From NCBI GenBank assembly GCA_036172245.1, contig JAYWIR010000002.1, forward strand, positions 2,790,001-2,854,000: a stretch of 64,000 bases of DNA, in the 5' to 3' direction. Of this stretch, positions 39,752 to 53,959 are shown piece by piece. Origin of the DNA: Raillietiella orientalis. Lineage: Eukaryota. The notes below the pieces were generated by a model. That model saw only the letters and a program-made list of their open reading frames with translations, did not search any database and was not told where the DNA came from. A program made the translations under genes and the position numbers. Numbering within the stretch: position 1 is the first letter of the stretch; every line of letters starts with the position of its first letter.

Positions 39752-42700
39752 CTACGAGGGGTCCGTAGCAGGTACGATGAGCTTTCGCTCCCCATTCCCC
39801 CACCCCCTTCCTGCTGTCTCGGCTGGCTCTCCCTCGTCCGCCTCTCATTCAGACTGCAAGAAGGATTCCCAGGATGGAAAACTCTGCTTCTGCAATTTAA
39901 GCATCCCCTCCCCCTTCCCCTCTCCCGCTTCCCTTTCCTGTTGTTCGCGTGCGCAACCAAGGCGAGGAAACGTCCAATGTCGGCGCTTTCTCTTGTGCAT
40001 CCGGAAGCAGAGGTCTTCCTTCTGATTCGGTGGATACGAGCACGGGAGAAAAGCATCAACCTCTTTCAAGACGGGGCAGAGGGAGCCTGCGGATGGCTCC
40101 AGGAAGAGTGAGCGGGAGGCTCTGTGATGCCGAGGGGGGGGGGGAGAGACACCCCGCCCCCCATGTTTACAGGGGATCCCTCTTTCGTCCCCCAATGGCA
40201 GTCCGGAAAGTTGGAAGGGAAACAAAAGATCATCTGCCACACTGACCTCCCTTCCGCCGTCCTACCCTTGATTCACGTGACCTTTGGGATCTTTGAGATC
40301 GACCCCTCACCTCGGAGGGAATCCGAGAAGTGCCTGCTCCTCTCCGGCGCTGTCGAAGACCGCGATCCAGAGGAGACGAGCCGCAGCAACAGCAGCAGGG
40401 CGAGAAAAGTCGCGGCGGTTGCAGTCGGTCTTCATTCCCGGGCGACAGGACGCGCTGCGGCCTCGTCGGAGAGAGCGCCGGGGAAGCAATTCCCTCCCAG
40501 ACTCGCCCAGGCAAAGGAAAGGCAGGACGTTGGCAGCGAGGACCGCAAGGAGAGATTCCAGCCCTCACGCATCTCGGGGCATCTGTGGGCCGCAGCAACC
40601 GACCGACTCGGAGCCGAGAAAATCCGAAAGGGGAGGGAAAAGGGAAAGGAAACCTGAGGATGAGGGTACCAGGGGTGCTCGAGAACGCTACGAGGTCATC
40701 GAGCTGATGTGTCCACATCTTTTTTTTTTTTGCGGGGCATACGCTAAGAAACGCGAAGGCACACGAGGTCGGCGTGAAGTATGGGGCGGAATCCGGAAGA
40801 AAAAGGCGACTGAGGGTCTTCTCTACTTCCGGTTCCGTTCATGAGACTCCAGCAGTGCACCCAAGCTTCAAGACGAGCTGGAGAGGGATTTCGACGGCGG
40901 CGCGCTCGAAAGGACTCGCGGACGCGGTCCAAGGAGGAGGTAGGAACGATCGCCGCTCGCGCACCTCCCCGTATCCTTCGCTCCCGGGATCGTCCGGTCG
41001 TTGGACCGGCTGCCGCCGTCCACATGGAGTCGAAGGACTGGCGAGAGACATCCTCGACCTCCCTTCTTCTGTGGCGTCTCCGGCAGTACTCCCGAAACGC
41101 TGCGGGTGACCGAGCTGCTCGAACTTCTTCTTCTCGAGAGGAGATTGAGGGGGGGGGGATGGAGAGAGAGAAAGAGGAAGCTTCTCACTGGAAAGTGGGA
41201 GTTGAAGGAATCCTCGGCAAAAACTGAAAGTGCCAAGAGGAGGCTGAGAAATCCATAGTCAAGGAGAAAAATGGTGGTTCTTCCTGCACTCCTAAGCAAC
41301 TCCCTTTCCCCAGGGAGCACACACGGGTTCGAAGGAACCCCGAGTGCAGCGCCGCCACCTCGTCGAAGCGTGCCGGACCACTCATTTAAGATAAAAAGAT
41401 CAATAAAACATCTGATGAGGTTCGAGGATCCACGAGAGGAACGACGGGAAGGGGAAACCTCGCAGCCGCCGCCGCTGTCTCCTTTCTTCGGCCACGAAAT
41501 CCCGCAGCTCGGGTTGGTGAAGTCCGACTCCGTCCCCCGAGTTATCCCCCATGTGGCGGAGTCGAAGGGAAGATCCGGTCCAGGATCTGGATCGAGAGGA
41601 TGTGCTTGGGCGGAATATCGCTCCCCGCCGGGGCGCGAGTCCGTACTTCCTCGATTTCCACGTCACGTTTCCGGGACACGAGCTCGACGCGCTTCCTCAA
41701 GTTGGCCGGGAAAATCCCAGGAAAGACTTGCACATCAGTTTGCCTACGCTTCACCCCTATCTGCCCCTCGCATCCAGAGGACTTCTCCTCCGGGGAGACC
41801 TTCTCTAGAATAAGTGAGGGCGTCCCCTCAGCGTTCAAGGACAGCTCCGCTTTCCTTCGGCAGCAGGACTCAGTTTTGTAGCTGGCGCAGCGGGCGTTCT
41901 CAGGCAACGCTCGTGGATACCAGTGGACAGGGGGAAACGCGGGGCTCCGAACCTTTCGGGGAAGCGGGGTCCTTTCACGCCCCTCTCAGGGAAATGGGCG
42001 CTGCCCTCCGGAGTGTTTGGGAACGTTCTGCCAGGGAGGAGCCACAGCTCCCTCCACTGGGTAACCACAAGCACTTGAACTCCTCTTCGTGCGAAGGGCA
42101 GTGCCGTCTGCCGCAGTCACCGCAGCTCTGGCGCTGCTTGAGAGGAGTGGCGCAGGCAAGAGCCACGGCGAAAGAGATTCGATTGACGGGTGGACGCCGT
42201 GTCATCTTCCCTCCCGATCACATCAGGATGGTCAAACCTGTGGCGCCACAAGGAGGAAATCGCTAGCATCCTTTGTAGGAAGTGGAGGACCACAGGGAGT
42301 CGGTGATCCCATTTTGTCTGCATTGACCTCGGTGGACAGATTGGGGTTTATCAGCAACGCATCCTGGAACCCAGAGTAGGTAGGACTAATAAACCCACTA
42401 TGGATGATGACGTTTGTTTGTTTGCCTTTTTCTTCAATGAATGACTATTTGTAGATGACCTTTTTTTACGGTAAGCGCCCCGACGTGATCTTTTCGTCCC
42501 CGCTATTGATAACCAGATCTTTTATTTCAAATAAATAAATAAATAACAACAGAACAGTTAGAGACCGACAAGCTGCGGCCCGAACCCAGGGTGGCCCTTC
42601 CCTCGCAGAAGACAGAACTAGGAGGGAGTGGAAGGAGGACAACGAACAAATAAATAGCGGATGGGATGGACCATCCTGACTGTATTCCGATTGCTTCCTG

Positions 42701-45700
42701 ATGACTTGCGTCGGACAGGCAAGGGGCGGAGGGTGCGTTCACCGGCATCGGGTCAGTCAGTCTTCCTGCCAATGATCGAAGGTTCCCTCGTGCTCCACTT
42801 CCCAGGTTGGGTCAGCCTCATCGTCCTCCGCACGTAGGCGATGGCAAACGACGACGACTCTCCGGGACGAAGGCCACACGTTTCTTCTATCTCGGCAATC
42901 ACCGCCGCCTGCACGTGAAAGGGAATCGCCAGCGGCGAGGCGAACGGCAAGCCCGGAGACGTGAACCTCCGCCTAAGCAGGTCTTCAGAGTTGGTGGCGC
43001 GGAACGGAGATGCTTCAGCGATGCGCGCCCATTCCTGACGCAGCTTCCCGCATTTCAGCGGGACGTGCGAGAGTATTTCCACTGTCCCTCAGTGGGGGGG
43101 CGTTCCTCCGGGGCTCTTTCCCGCTGAGGGCTTGGTGGGGTTCCTTGTTTCCGGAAAGTCTCCAGTGCACTAGCAAAATGGAGGTCTGCTAGTGCCGGAG
43201 ACTTAGAACCCGAAGTTTTCCCAGATGTTCAGTCCGCTCCATCCTCCTGACCGGATTGTAAAGAGGTTCCGCGGATGACACAAGGGAATCAGTCGCGGGT
43301 GAAATTAATCTACGAGGAACCTCTACGGTTAGATCTCCCCCTCCCCTCCCTCTTATGAATGAAATCGCCAGCTGGTCATTGGGTCGCGCGGTTCAGATGA
43401 ACATCCAGTAGGTGCTCCAGCGTGTGTGCGGCGACGCGCGAGAGCACTGCGAGCTTACTCGCGAGATCGGCGTAAGATCTAGGGATTTGTGTATCCTGGA
43501 ACGTTTTATCGCGGGCTGACAAACTAACCACGCTTCCAGGGCTCTGGGGAAAAGACGTCCACTGTCCAAAATGACGTCTGGATCCCTTCCTGGCAGGAGA
43601 TCCAGGCGCTGTCGAGAGTTGGCATTCGCATTGCGCCGTCGTGTGGTCAGGTGCGCGAACTAGGTCAAGTGAAGTCACAATTAGTGAGGGTCAGAACCTC
43701 CCCGGGATGCTCGAGTTGGGCGCACTGGCGAAGCAGCGTTGAGAAGGAGGTGGGAGGAGAGGAACGAGGGTTCGAAGGTGATACAGGGGGAACCGGCCTC
43801 GCGGTGCTGAAATATGGCTTCTGTGTAACGGAAGCGAAGGAGGGAAGGGGATGGAGAGGTGCTGCTGCCGCTAGTGACGACCCATCCTAATCCCTGAAGG
43901 TCTCCCTTTTCTTCCAGTTTGGTGAGTTTGTTCAGCTAAACTTCGCATGAGGCTCCTCCCGGACGGCGGCAACCACACGCTCCTTCCTCCTCCGCTCTGG
44001 AGATCACCCCTTGCTCTCACGTGGCAGAGGGCAGTCGGGGTACCTGAAGGGGTGTGGGCCTTCCGTGGAGCAGGTCGGAGAGGACGCAGTGACGGCGGGC
44101 ATGTGAGGGTCTCGAAAGTGTCCTCCGCAGTGCACGCCCGGCCTCTGGCATCTGAGGAAAGGCTGTCATGGTTGTGTAGCACGCTCGTGACTCGGAGGGA
44201 CCTCCTACTTGAATGCGTGGCGGCGACGTTCCTCGTCCTGCGGCGGTGGGCCTCGGCAAGGTGGCAGCGTGCCCATAGCAAGGAAGGGGGAGGGGGGAGA
44301 AACAAGCGCGTCGATCGGAGATCCCGGCGGTTTCGAATCTCCCTGGTGGGATCAGGTAGACTCCTTCCTCCTCGGGAGCCCCGAGCAGAGCGCGTCGCGC
44401 GAGTGACTTCGTGGGAAAAAGGGAATTTCTTTCCGAAGGGTCTGCCACTGCACCCTTCCTCCTCCTGACCTTCGTCCTTCTTCCCCCTCCTTTTCCTCCT
44501 CACTCCTTCGCTTCCAGGCCAAGTTTGGGAACAGCGAAAGGAGGACGCCGGTCCCCGCACTTCTGGACGAGATCTGCAGCCATCGGAACCGCCGGCGGCG
44601 GACAACCCGCTTCCCTGTGGTTCCGCAGGGGAGCGCTGCCGTCGACCCAAGTATCCACGACCCCACGAAGAGCAAGTACGAGGATCCCCATCCCTTTCTT
44701 CACATGCGGGAAACCTGGGCGTTTCGCCTTCCTCCCTCCAGATCGCCTCGACATAGAGCCCCTTCTCTCCTAGGCGGTCGAGTGCGAAAAGCAAAGGTTG
44801 ACTTTGCTTGACCCGTGGTTGACTTTCCCAGCCCGAGGGTAAGGAAGGGGAGATGACTGAGGTCGAATCAGAGGTGGAAACGGAGAGACAGCAACTCTCA
44901 AACGGGGGCTGCCGGGGAACAAAGAGAGAGAGAGCTGTTGATGCATCGTTGCGTAGAGACTGCCTATGCGCTCACGGACGCAAGCGCGCTTGCCGCATGA
45001 GTTTTGTTTTTTCAAGGAAAAAATTCGGGAATGGGACGCTTCCAGGGATGAAGGCTACTGAAGTTGTACCCGCGGTGGGGCATAGGTCCAGCAGACCCGC
45101 GGGAGCGGACCGGAAACGGCTCTGGAGCAAACGAAGGAAGAAGGGACGCTCGCGAGTAGCAATCTCTAGGGACGGCAGCAGAAGGGAGGGGCCGGGACGC
45201 AAAGGGCTGGGTGCGAAGGAGAGGGGGATGAACACCTTCGTGCCGAGTCCGCTAGGCAGTGAACAGACGAAGGGAAAAAATATCCCGGAGTGGCACCCGG
45301 AACGGCAGTGGGAAGCGTGCGGGCCGTCTCTGTTCGCTCCGAGCTGCATCCGCAAGGGAGAAGCTGCTGGAGGAAGGAGACGCATGCGCACGTGCGTGAT
45401 CGTCAGACCGGAGGAGACGCTGGATCACTGGCTCGACCAGCAGGGTGGAGGCAAATGTCGAGGATCTCACGGGGAAAATCCGCGGGCGGCAAATTGGATC
45501 ACCACACCGCTCGCCACACACGCAAAGCCCACACGAGCCCAGCGCTCAGCGACGAGCGCCGTCAGCGAGAGGGGAGAGAGAAGAGCCATGCACACGCGCG
45601 CACAGAGGGAGGAGGCAGAGGGGGATTTCGGTGTTGAAAGTGATGGCCCGTGGTCGTGGAGGCCGGTGAAGAGCTTTGGCTGATGGTTTCTTCCTGGAAA

Positions 45701-46324
45701 CGAACGTCGCGCGCGTTGAAGGAGGAGGAGGAGGCGGTGCTGGTCGTCGTTGTCGACGTCTCCCTCCCAGGACGAGGAAACCCTCGATAGGTCACTCGGG
45801 CCACGCAGGCGTGGAGCGAGTGGTGGAGCGGCCGTCACCATCGGCTGCTCCTGCGATCCGTGGACGGACCGCGTGTCTTCCCGCAGCGCGAACGCCCCGG
45901 AGAAAGCCCCGAAGTTCCCACCACTGTGCGCCTCCACCTTTCCCCAGGTGGTGGAGGGGGAAGCCAGGTGCCTACAACACCTCGTCCCGATCGTTAGGTG
46001 CATCTCCGGTCTTTCGAGCCCTCCCTCTCCTCCCCCTCTCCTTCTGAATCACACTGTTTTTGGCGAGGTTGCGTAGCAGCCACGTCATGTCGAACGAACA
46101 GGAACCGGTGCGCACGCCTAGGAAGGGACTGGGAAATGCCTCCATAGGGGAGGGTGGGGGAGAGGAATCCCCACCCTCTCCAGTCAAAAGTGCAGACAAA
46201 GAGCGAGTGTATTCTCTGTCGATCGACTGACCGCCGCCGCATCCAAGTGTTGCCCATCGCTCGTGCTGTGTGAACATCGGACGAAGGCATCTCCATCCAT
46301 CCGCAGTGCTGCCAAGTCCAAGGA

Positions 46325-47349
46325 TCATTTCTGAGAGGAAGCGGCATTTTTCCCGAGTGTCTGCCGCCTGCGAGAAGCGGCAGCGGGATCAGGAGCTTCC
46401 TTGGGACGCGAGGGCTTTCCTGAGGAGGAAGTGGACACGGGGTCGGCCTGCTTCCGTGTGACGCTCGCAAGCGTTTTCGCCTCCGGCGCCCTCCCTTGAT
46501 CAGGGGCGGGTTTCGGAGCACCTCCTCGCACAGCTCCCTTTTTCCCACGCTGCTGTGTAGGGCCCGCCGCGGGCTGCTTGCTCCTGCCGCTGCCGCCATA
46601 CAAAGGGAGAGGAGCGGGAGGGTCCGGTGGGACCGCGGCGGAAGGGGCGGCATCCCTGGATGCGTCTTCGCCGTCATCTCTGGACCCTCCTGACTGGCGA
46701 ATGGTGGGGGAGGAACAATCGCTCGCGGGACCCGACTTCTGGTCTCCGTCGGTTCTAGCCTCCGTTGCCAGGATCCCGGGCGCGTCGGGATCTGCTTCCG
46801 GTAATGTGACGACGAGGTCCTCCGGCCCTTCGGCGTCGCAAAACGGGGAGAACCGGATCTTCGGGACTTGGGCGTAAGCGAAGAACTTCAGGACGTCGCG
46901 CTTCAGGCAGCTCACGGAGTAGGCGTAGACGAGACGGGACGCGTCACAGCGTTGGTACACCGACCTCAGGACCTCGTGCAGCAGCCCGGAGCAAAAGACT
47001 TCGTCGTCATCCTGTTCCAGGTACCTCCTCCTGGAAACCAGACAGGAGGAGGGGGGGAAGCGAGAAGAAAAATTGCGCGAAAAAAAAAAAAAAATGGGAA
47101 AGAGGAGTGGATGACAGGAAGGCAGGGCGCGGTGGTTAACGACTTGGTTAGGTAGAACACAGGGAGCGCGCCGTGAGCAAAAGTGTGGCGCTCCCCCGAA
47201 GAAGGGTGGGAACGCATGAGCGAGCATGCGCGTGCGTGTATGTAGAGAGAGAGAGAGAAAGAGTTGTCTCCACGCCACACCACTCCGGAAGAGGAGGAGT
47301 GACGGTGATCCTAACCGCCTGGTGCTGTTCCACGCTCGCGTGCCAACAA
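46325..47349 (-). CDS. Probable C2orf81/DUF4639-like protein. Main exon 46325-47030; upstream exon ending at 47281 (5' end unresolved)
   Basis: Acceptor ggtttccag at 47031-47032 and donor TG|GTGTGG at 47280 give ...TPPLPEW|RRYLEQDDDEVFCSGLLHEVLRSVYQRCDASRLVYAYSVSCLKRDVLKFF...EDLVVTLPEADPDAPGIL, then a low-complexity tail. This resembles the recalled DUF4639 pattern (EW..L..E.GE.V...L..L......Y.....PF.V.....L....F....E....D.WA.G.V). Recognition is from memory only. Confidence 0.55.
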
Positions 47350-50300
47350 CTGCGCACTCGCAGGGTGAGTCACTCAGGAAGAATCATCGTCATCAAAAGA
47401 AACGGAGTGCAGCCTTCCCGAACGCTGCCTCCCTCCGCAGCCGGTTCGCGAAAAAGAGCACTCGCTCGCTCGCCGTCCCGGCTTGTCACCATTTCGATCC
47501 ATTCCACCACCTGGCCGGTCCTCGACGACCTCTCCAGGCTCGGGAGGAGCGGCGGAATAGTGGGCACGCACTTACATGGAAAAGTTTTCATTCCTCCCCC
47601 CCCCCCTCCCCCTTCCCATCCCCGCCTCGCATGGGCAACCTCATCTTGAGGAAGCGAACCCGCTGCTGCTTGCTCGGCGCCGCCACGCTGAGGCCACTTT
47701 CTTATGCAAGCAACAACCAAAGGCCGTGGAGAGCATCCTCCTTGCATGCAAGAGGTCAACCGGAAAGGGGAACACGGGACGGCAGGGGAAACCGCTAAGG
47801 AGATTCCTTGCCACTATTCCTTCATGTTCATTACCTGGCGACACTCCACAGCGCCAGAGGGGCTCTCAACAGTACTCGACGGGAAGCAGCTTCGCGTTGC
47901 CCACGACCGTCGGGTCGAACGGGAATGGAGCAAGGGGACGAGAGAAGTAACCGAGGAAACGAAACTCGTATATTGCCGGTATTGCCGATCTTATTGCGTA
48001 GTAGTGCTCACTGCGAAGCTTGAGCACCCCTACGACACCACAACTCCATTGCATCACACCTCAATGGGGGAACGGAAGGAGAAAAACGTGCGGGGGAAAA
48101 AATGGAAACCCCGACCGTTTCTCCTGCCCTCGTCATGGAAACAGAAACAAAATTGTCGAGGCGGTGCATACATACACTTCGTGAGCCCTTTATAGTCAGT
48201 CACTCATCCGTCTGGAACAGCTCTGGGAACCCTTTATGCCGCAACGGGCCGCGAGAGGCCCTTCGCCACAAAGCTGACGACGAACCCGGTGAAGTGTCCG
48301 TAACGTCGCGTATGGATGCCTTACGAAACGGCCCAGGTTGCCCACTCAGGCCCCCTCACGCCGCTCGCGTCGCCCCGGGCGAACCCGGGTGACAACGCCG
48401 CTCGCGTCGGCCAGCAGCAATGAGAGCTCTCACGTCCACTCCGAGATAATCGCTTTCGGAAATTTCCCTTCCAGAAGGTTCTCGAACGCGCGGCGGCACG
48501 CGCTTTCCGCGCTTCCGGAGCACAACTCGGAAGCGTCGCGCGGAGAACGTTTGGAATTCAAACGCGTGGTCAGAATGTGATGTTTTGTGTGCAGCTCCCA
48601 CGCTTGAACCCTTCCAAGCTGCTTTGCCAAAACGTAGGAGGCTTGTTTGTTGGCAGCCCATGTTACAAAATATTACAAGGTACTGCAGTTATTTGTTGCG
48701 ATGATGAATCACCACGAGTAACTTTTGGATGAATTATCTGTAGAAACTGAAATGAACGAAACGAACAGCCATCGTATGCACAAACTCAATCATCTGCAAA
48801 ACATATTCATGTGTAAATGCTTGCCTATGTACAAATACATGTGTACAATACGCCCACGGGCACGCTTAATTTGTGGATTGAATTTTTTTTTCTTATTATG
48901 TGATGCCTCAATAAAGACGGGTGTTGCTGTCCGTAGTGAATGTGCGTACTCTTCCAAAAACTGTCAATCCAATTACAAATAATTATTGTACCAAAAATTC
49001 AATTTACTTTAAGCCCAAGTTCGGGGAACTTTGAAAATGTAATCCCATACGAAAGGGTAATCCCATCTTTCGAACCTCTTCTTTGACTCCTTTGGCCATT
49101 CGTCTTGGATAGCCTCGCTTGGAGGACGAAACGGCTCTGCCCCGCGAAAATGGACATCCTTGATGCCAGAGGTGGGCAACCTTTTTTGCCAGGATGAGAG
49201 AAATCCCCATGGGGAAGAGAGTCGGAGGCACTGTCGAAACACGGTTTCCATTCCCCCATCTCTCTCTTCCCCCCCCCTTCCGTCGCAAGCAGCAGCCCGG
49301 AGATGCTCTAAGCCTTGTCTTAGAGACGTTTCCCGGCTTCACACAGCGTCAGTACCAGCAGCAACTGGTAGTAATCATAGAAGCACGCCCAGAAGCTTGC
49401 CGACCCGCGTTTTCCTGTCAACCGAGGGAGTTGGAACTCGGAATGAAGGCAGCACAAGCAATGAGGAAGATGCTCTCCTCTCCGCTCTCCCTTCCCCTTC
49501 CTCCTTCCCCCGTGGCAGCCGCCTATGCGAGTTCCCTCCCCCTCCCCAGTTTCTCAGATGCCACTGCCCTCTCCTCACGAGGAGGTGGGGGTGGGAGACG
49601 AAAACCGACTCCCGCCTTCGCGCTGCCGGAGCACCAACAGATCTGAGAAGTCTCCGCTAAGAGTCTACTTTCGCAGCATCCCCTACGACCGCAGGAACTC
49701 ATCCGAATGTCCTTGACGGCTGCTAGACCGACTGGCAATTGATTCCTGTGCTCTGCCCTTCTGGTCTGACGCCACCATCCTTCGCAGCCGCCCTCGGTGG
49801 CGACAGCAGAAGCATCTCTCCCTCTCAGCTTTACACTTTCCAGACGCGTCAAGCATCAAGCTACTTTCTGCTGTTTCAACGCTATTCTTCCCTTCCCTCT
49901 CTCCCTCTCATATACAACACAATGCGGTACCACCCATTACCGGAATCACGTAGAAAACTTGAGCGCGGCGCTTTCTACAGTGCCGTCATGGACCAGCGCA
50001 GCGTCCCTTAGGAGAACCAACCCCACGAGCAGCAAAGACAGTAGGCCGAGTGTGGCCACCAACCCCCTGACGAGAATGGGCTTCGACTCCTACTCTGGAA
50101 ACCGCTGAGGCACACATCCCTCGCGCTATCAGGAATCCGTGGAAGACGTCGAGAACTGGAGGAATACCTTCCGCCTCCCCGTGACTGTCGAGTAGGTCTG
50201 GCGAAACGCGGACGGGAGTGCATGGTCTGGCCATCTGGCGGTTGTGGACTTTCAGCACGACTGTCTCTTGGCTCATAGCTGGCGCCGCGAGTCCGCCGTC

Positions 50301-53300
50301 TGCCTCTTTTCGGGACCGAAGGAAGGAAGGAGAAAAGGGACGAGGCGCGTGGACAGCAGCCCACCCGCATCCCCCGGCGCGAATGACTTCCGGTCTGCCC
50401 TGCCCGTTTTCCCCCCTTACGCGTCCGCCGACCGGTCGCTCCTCGAACTGGGATGGAGGCTCACCGAGCCTACGGTGGCAGATTTCCCGACCTCGTCCCG
50501 AGGATGCACGAGCGCACCCGACGACGGCAGTGACGCCGGTGACAGCGTCGACAGAGGGGAGAGAAAAAGCGGGATCGGTTGCCAGAGAGCGGAGGAAGCT
50601 GCAGGAAGGAACACAGCCGCCGCCAATCTTGTGCTCTCAAAGAGAAGGCGAGTGCCGAAAAAAATCCTCGAGGCGCCCTCTCTCGGTCTCTCCCTCTGCA
50701 GTCTCGAGAGACAATGAGAACAGTCAGGGCTGCACGTGGGCGAGAACGTGATCTGGGAGAATAGGCGACGCTCCTGCCCTCTCCACGAGGTGGCGTGAGG
50801 TGGGAAGCCAACTGGGGAAAGGGCGATAACCTTCGAAGTCGGCAGCGTCCTGCACATCTTGGAAGAGAAGCGTCATGAGGAATTTCTTGCTCTGCGGCGA
50901 CCGTCGGACAGAATGAGGGGAAGGGAGGAGGAAGGGGGGGAGAAAGCGACGAATGTGGTTGCTGGATGACGACAAGAGGAAGCAGCACACGAAAGGACTT
51001 GCGGCACTCGAGGCAGTTTCATGCGCTCAAAAGCACATCTCAAGGAGACGCAGCCATGCACGGAGCCAGCATCTCTGTGGTGGTTCCGCAAACGCGCATC
51101 TCCCTCGCCTTGACGCCGGACGCACCCTGGGAGATCGGCGATTCCCCCTTTCCCTCCTCACAAGACCCCATCTTCAAAAAGTTGGATCTCTCCTCGCAGG
51201 GCGTGCTCCTCGCCCTACCCGAGAGTGGTAGGATTCAGGACCAGCGCTGCTCCTCCTTCCCGACCCCCTGACCCTAACGGCGTAAACACTTCGCCTCTTC
51301 TCCATTTCGTGGTTTTCTCTCTCGTGCTCCTCCTCTTCCCCTTCGGCATCCGGCGCCCCTTTGATGCGGCTCTTTCTCCGCGTTTTCTTCCGACTCCCAG
51401 ACTACCGCAGAAAAGACCACCGACCGCGAGCCCCCTCGATTTTCGGATCGTGATGCTGGTGAGGAGCCAACTGCGGGAGCAAGATGGGACGGAAGACGAC
51501 GAGGTTCGGGATCATTCTCTGATATCCAAATGCTCCCGCTCTATCCCTCTCCCACCTTCTCCTGCCATATGCATCATCTCCCCCCCCCCACTGGAATGCC
51601 ACGGAAGAATAGCAAAACAGTCTTCCTGAAAGACGAGTGTTCCTAGCAGCCTTCGGCAGTCCCGAGTGACCGGAGGAGAGGACAATCGGACGACGAGGGC
51701 CTTCGCAGATGTTCCTCCTATTCCTCCTTGCGTAGGCAGAAGGTTGCTAGAGACGGGAAAGGTAGCAAATGACATGACGGCAGGAAGTGGATGTCGTCAG
51801 TGGAAAAGGAGCGGCTGCCACGGAGAGGGCGGTCGCTGCGCACTACGGGCGCCAAGAGGACTGCGGTTCTGTTCGGAAAAGGAAAGGAGGGCAGCATCCA
51901 TCGACCCCTTGGCTTTGGGAACGCTCCCCCCCCCCCCCCCGCTCCCCAGAGCCGCTCCATCAACTCTTTCAGCCCATCAAGTCGCGAATTTCTTCGAAGG
52001 CGGAAAGGGCAGGGAGAAAATAGCGACAGCCAGCCAGTCCCCCTTGCAACACCACGAAAGAGCGGATCCCTCGTGAGCAAGATCAGGACGCCCTCGGACA
52101 CACGGTGCATCGCGCGCACACCGTCGCTTCACGAAACCCCACGCTGTTCCGAGAGAGAAGGCCGTCGTCCGTCCCCCTTCCCATGCCGCGGATAGAGCGG
52201 GAAGGGAGAGATCGCTCCCTGATGATCATCACGAGCGGGCCAGAGATGCTGCGAGTAGTTTCTGATGCGGTCCTGCACATCGCCGAACCTCCCCAGCCCT
52301 CATGGAAGGCACACCGGGGATGCGCAAAGCGAGCCTCTGGTTCCTCTGTCGTAAAAATCCTTGGGCATAACTCGAGGTACGAAGGGGGAGAAGGAGGAGG
52401 GGAGGAGAGAAGGAGAGAGAGGGCTTTTAAAACCGCAGGAATGCAGGTGCGTCTTATTACTCGGCTTGCAGGAATGCGGCAGCAGCGGCACAGGGAAGGC
52501 AAGCAGTGCATCCAAACAAGAGCATTAGCAGGGTTGCGAAAGGTGATGAAACAGTGGGGAGGTTCCTTGCAGAGAACACGTGGAGATCGTCGAACGCGAT
52601 CGTGATCGGAAGAGGATTGTTGATGGATGCACGTAGTCAAGGACGACGCGCGTGATCAGATTGCGAGGAACAGATAAGTGAAACAGAAGAATCGCATCCG
52701 ACGTTCGGGACGTGCAGGACCTCTCCTCTTAAAGGGGAGCGGGCAGATGCCTCCGGCAAGCCGGTTCGCATCAAGGGCGTTTCCGTTCTCGCCCGCAATG
52801 ACCACCTAACACAGGAGCAGCAGCACGGAAGCTTCCCATCGCTCTCTTTCTCTCTCTCCCTCTGTTCTCAGATTCTCATCTGCAGTCGAAAACTCGCGTG
52901 TTTTTTTTTTTGTCCCCTGGAGACGGAGCTCAGAATTAGACATTCCCACCTACAACGCTCGTCGCTCCGGATACTGAGCTGCAGAATCCCATCAGTTCCT
53001 AAGTGCTTTCGCTTCCGATATCCACTACAGAAACTCTCCAAAAAAAAAAAAAACTCACTCTAGGCTTGATCCCACGTCCCTACAGAGACTGCTGCTCCCT
53101 CGTCTCCCTCATCTGACCATGAAGGAATGAAAATAATATAATAGTTAAAGCGACTCGGAAGAGCACACTGCATAAACTCGAACAAAACCCCCATCGGGAT
53201 GAATTCTCTTGCAGCACCGAGAGAGGGAGACAGGGGATGAGCCTCCCTCATTAACCGCCCCCTTTGCACGCTTCGCATTACGCAATTCACGGGGCCAGCA

Positions 53301-53959
53301 GCAGATGAACCTTCCGGACGGAAGGGTACGAGAGGGCGGGCGGTTCGGTGCTGCCACTTCGTTCGTCCTGGCGAAAACGAAGCCGGGGGCTAGGACCGCC
53401 CAGCTCATCATTTATTTGGGGCTTGGTTTCACGAAATTCCCTGAGGTGCCCTTGGAAGTTCAGAGAGCCTGTCCAAGCGGATAGCAGGTGTTGCGCTTTG
53501 AAAAGAGCGGGCCATCGAAGGGACCTTCGCTCATCCTTCCGCAAACCACTGTGAATGGTGTGGCCGCAAGACCATGGAGAGACAAAGAGCGGAAGCAAGA
53601 AGTTGCTGCTGCTGCTGCTCACAGAACGAAAGATCTTGATTCGCGCTCCCTTTCGTAGATTTGGAGGAATGATTTCAGCGGAGTCGTCACCTATGTGGTC
53701 AGGTCCCTTTGCTCCCAGTACGTTTATCCTACATCTTCATCAGGCATGGAGAGACACAGTCATCTCTTCCGTACCAGCCAACTGTATAGGTTCTGTAGCG
53801 GTCAGACGCTTCTGACAAACTCCTACTGAGCTTCCATTGTTTGTTTTCAAATTTCCTAAGTTTCTCATGAGACCGCAGTGCCTTCATGTCTTTGTCATCG
53901 CGTTGCCCATTGCTAAAAACTGTTTCAAAGTGAATGCACACTAAGGTCCTTAGGCTAGA

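Noticed and set aside
40310-40436. Signal-peptide-like minus-strand stretch (TAATFLALLLLLRLVSSG) ending at a GTGAGG donor
   Set aside because: That frame has a stop immediately upstream and the nearest ATG is out of frame; the Leu run derives from a CTG microsatellite.
42753-43082. Minus ORF with VQAAVIAEIEETCG, faintly like a cytochrome P450 J-helix
   Set aside because: No ExxR, PERF or heme-binding FxxGxxxC motif in neighbouring frames.
16100-53500. Numerous 100-380 aa overlapping ORFs on both strands (e.g. 20621..21757, 22593..23603, 43871..44794)
   Set aside because: Arg/Pro/Gly/Ser-rich shadow frames expected in GC-rich DNA or overlapping true PAPSS exons; many use non-ATG starts and show no family motifs.
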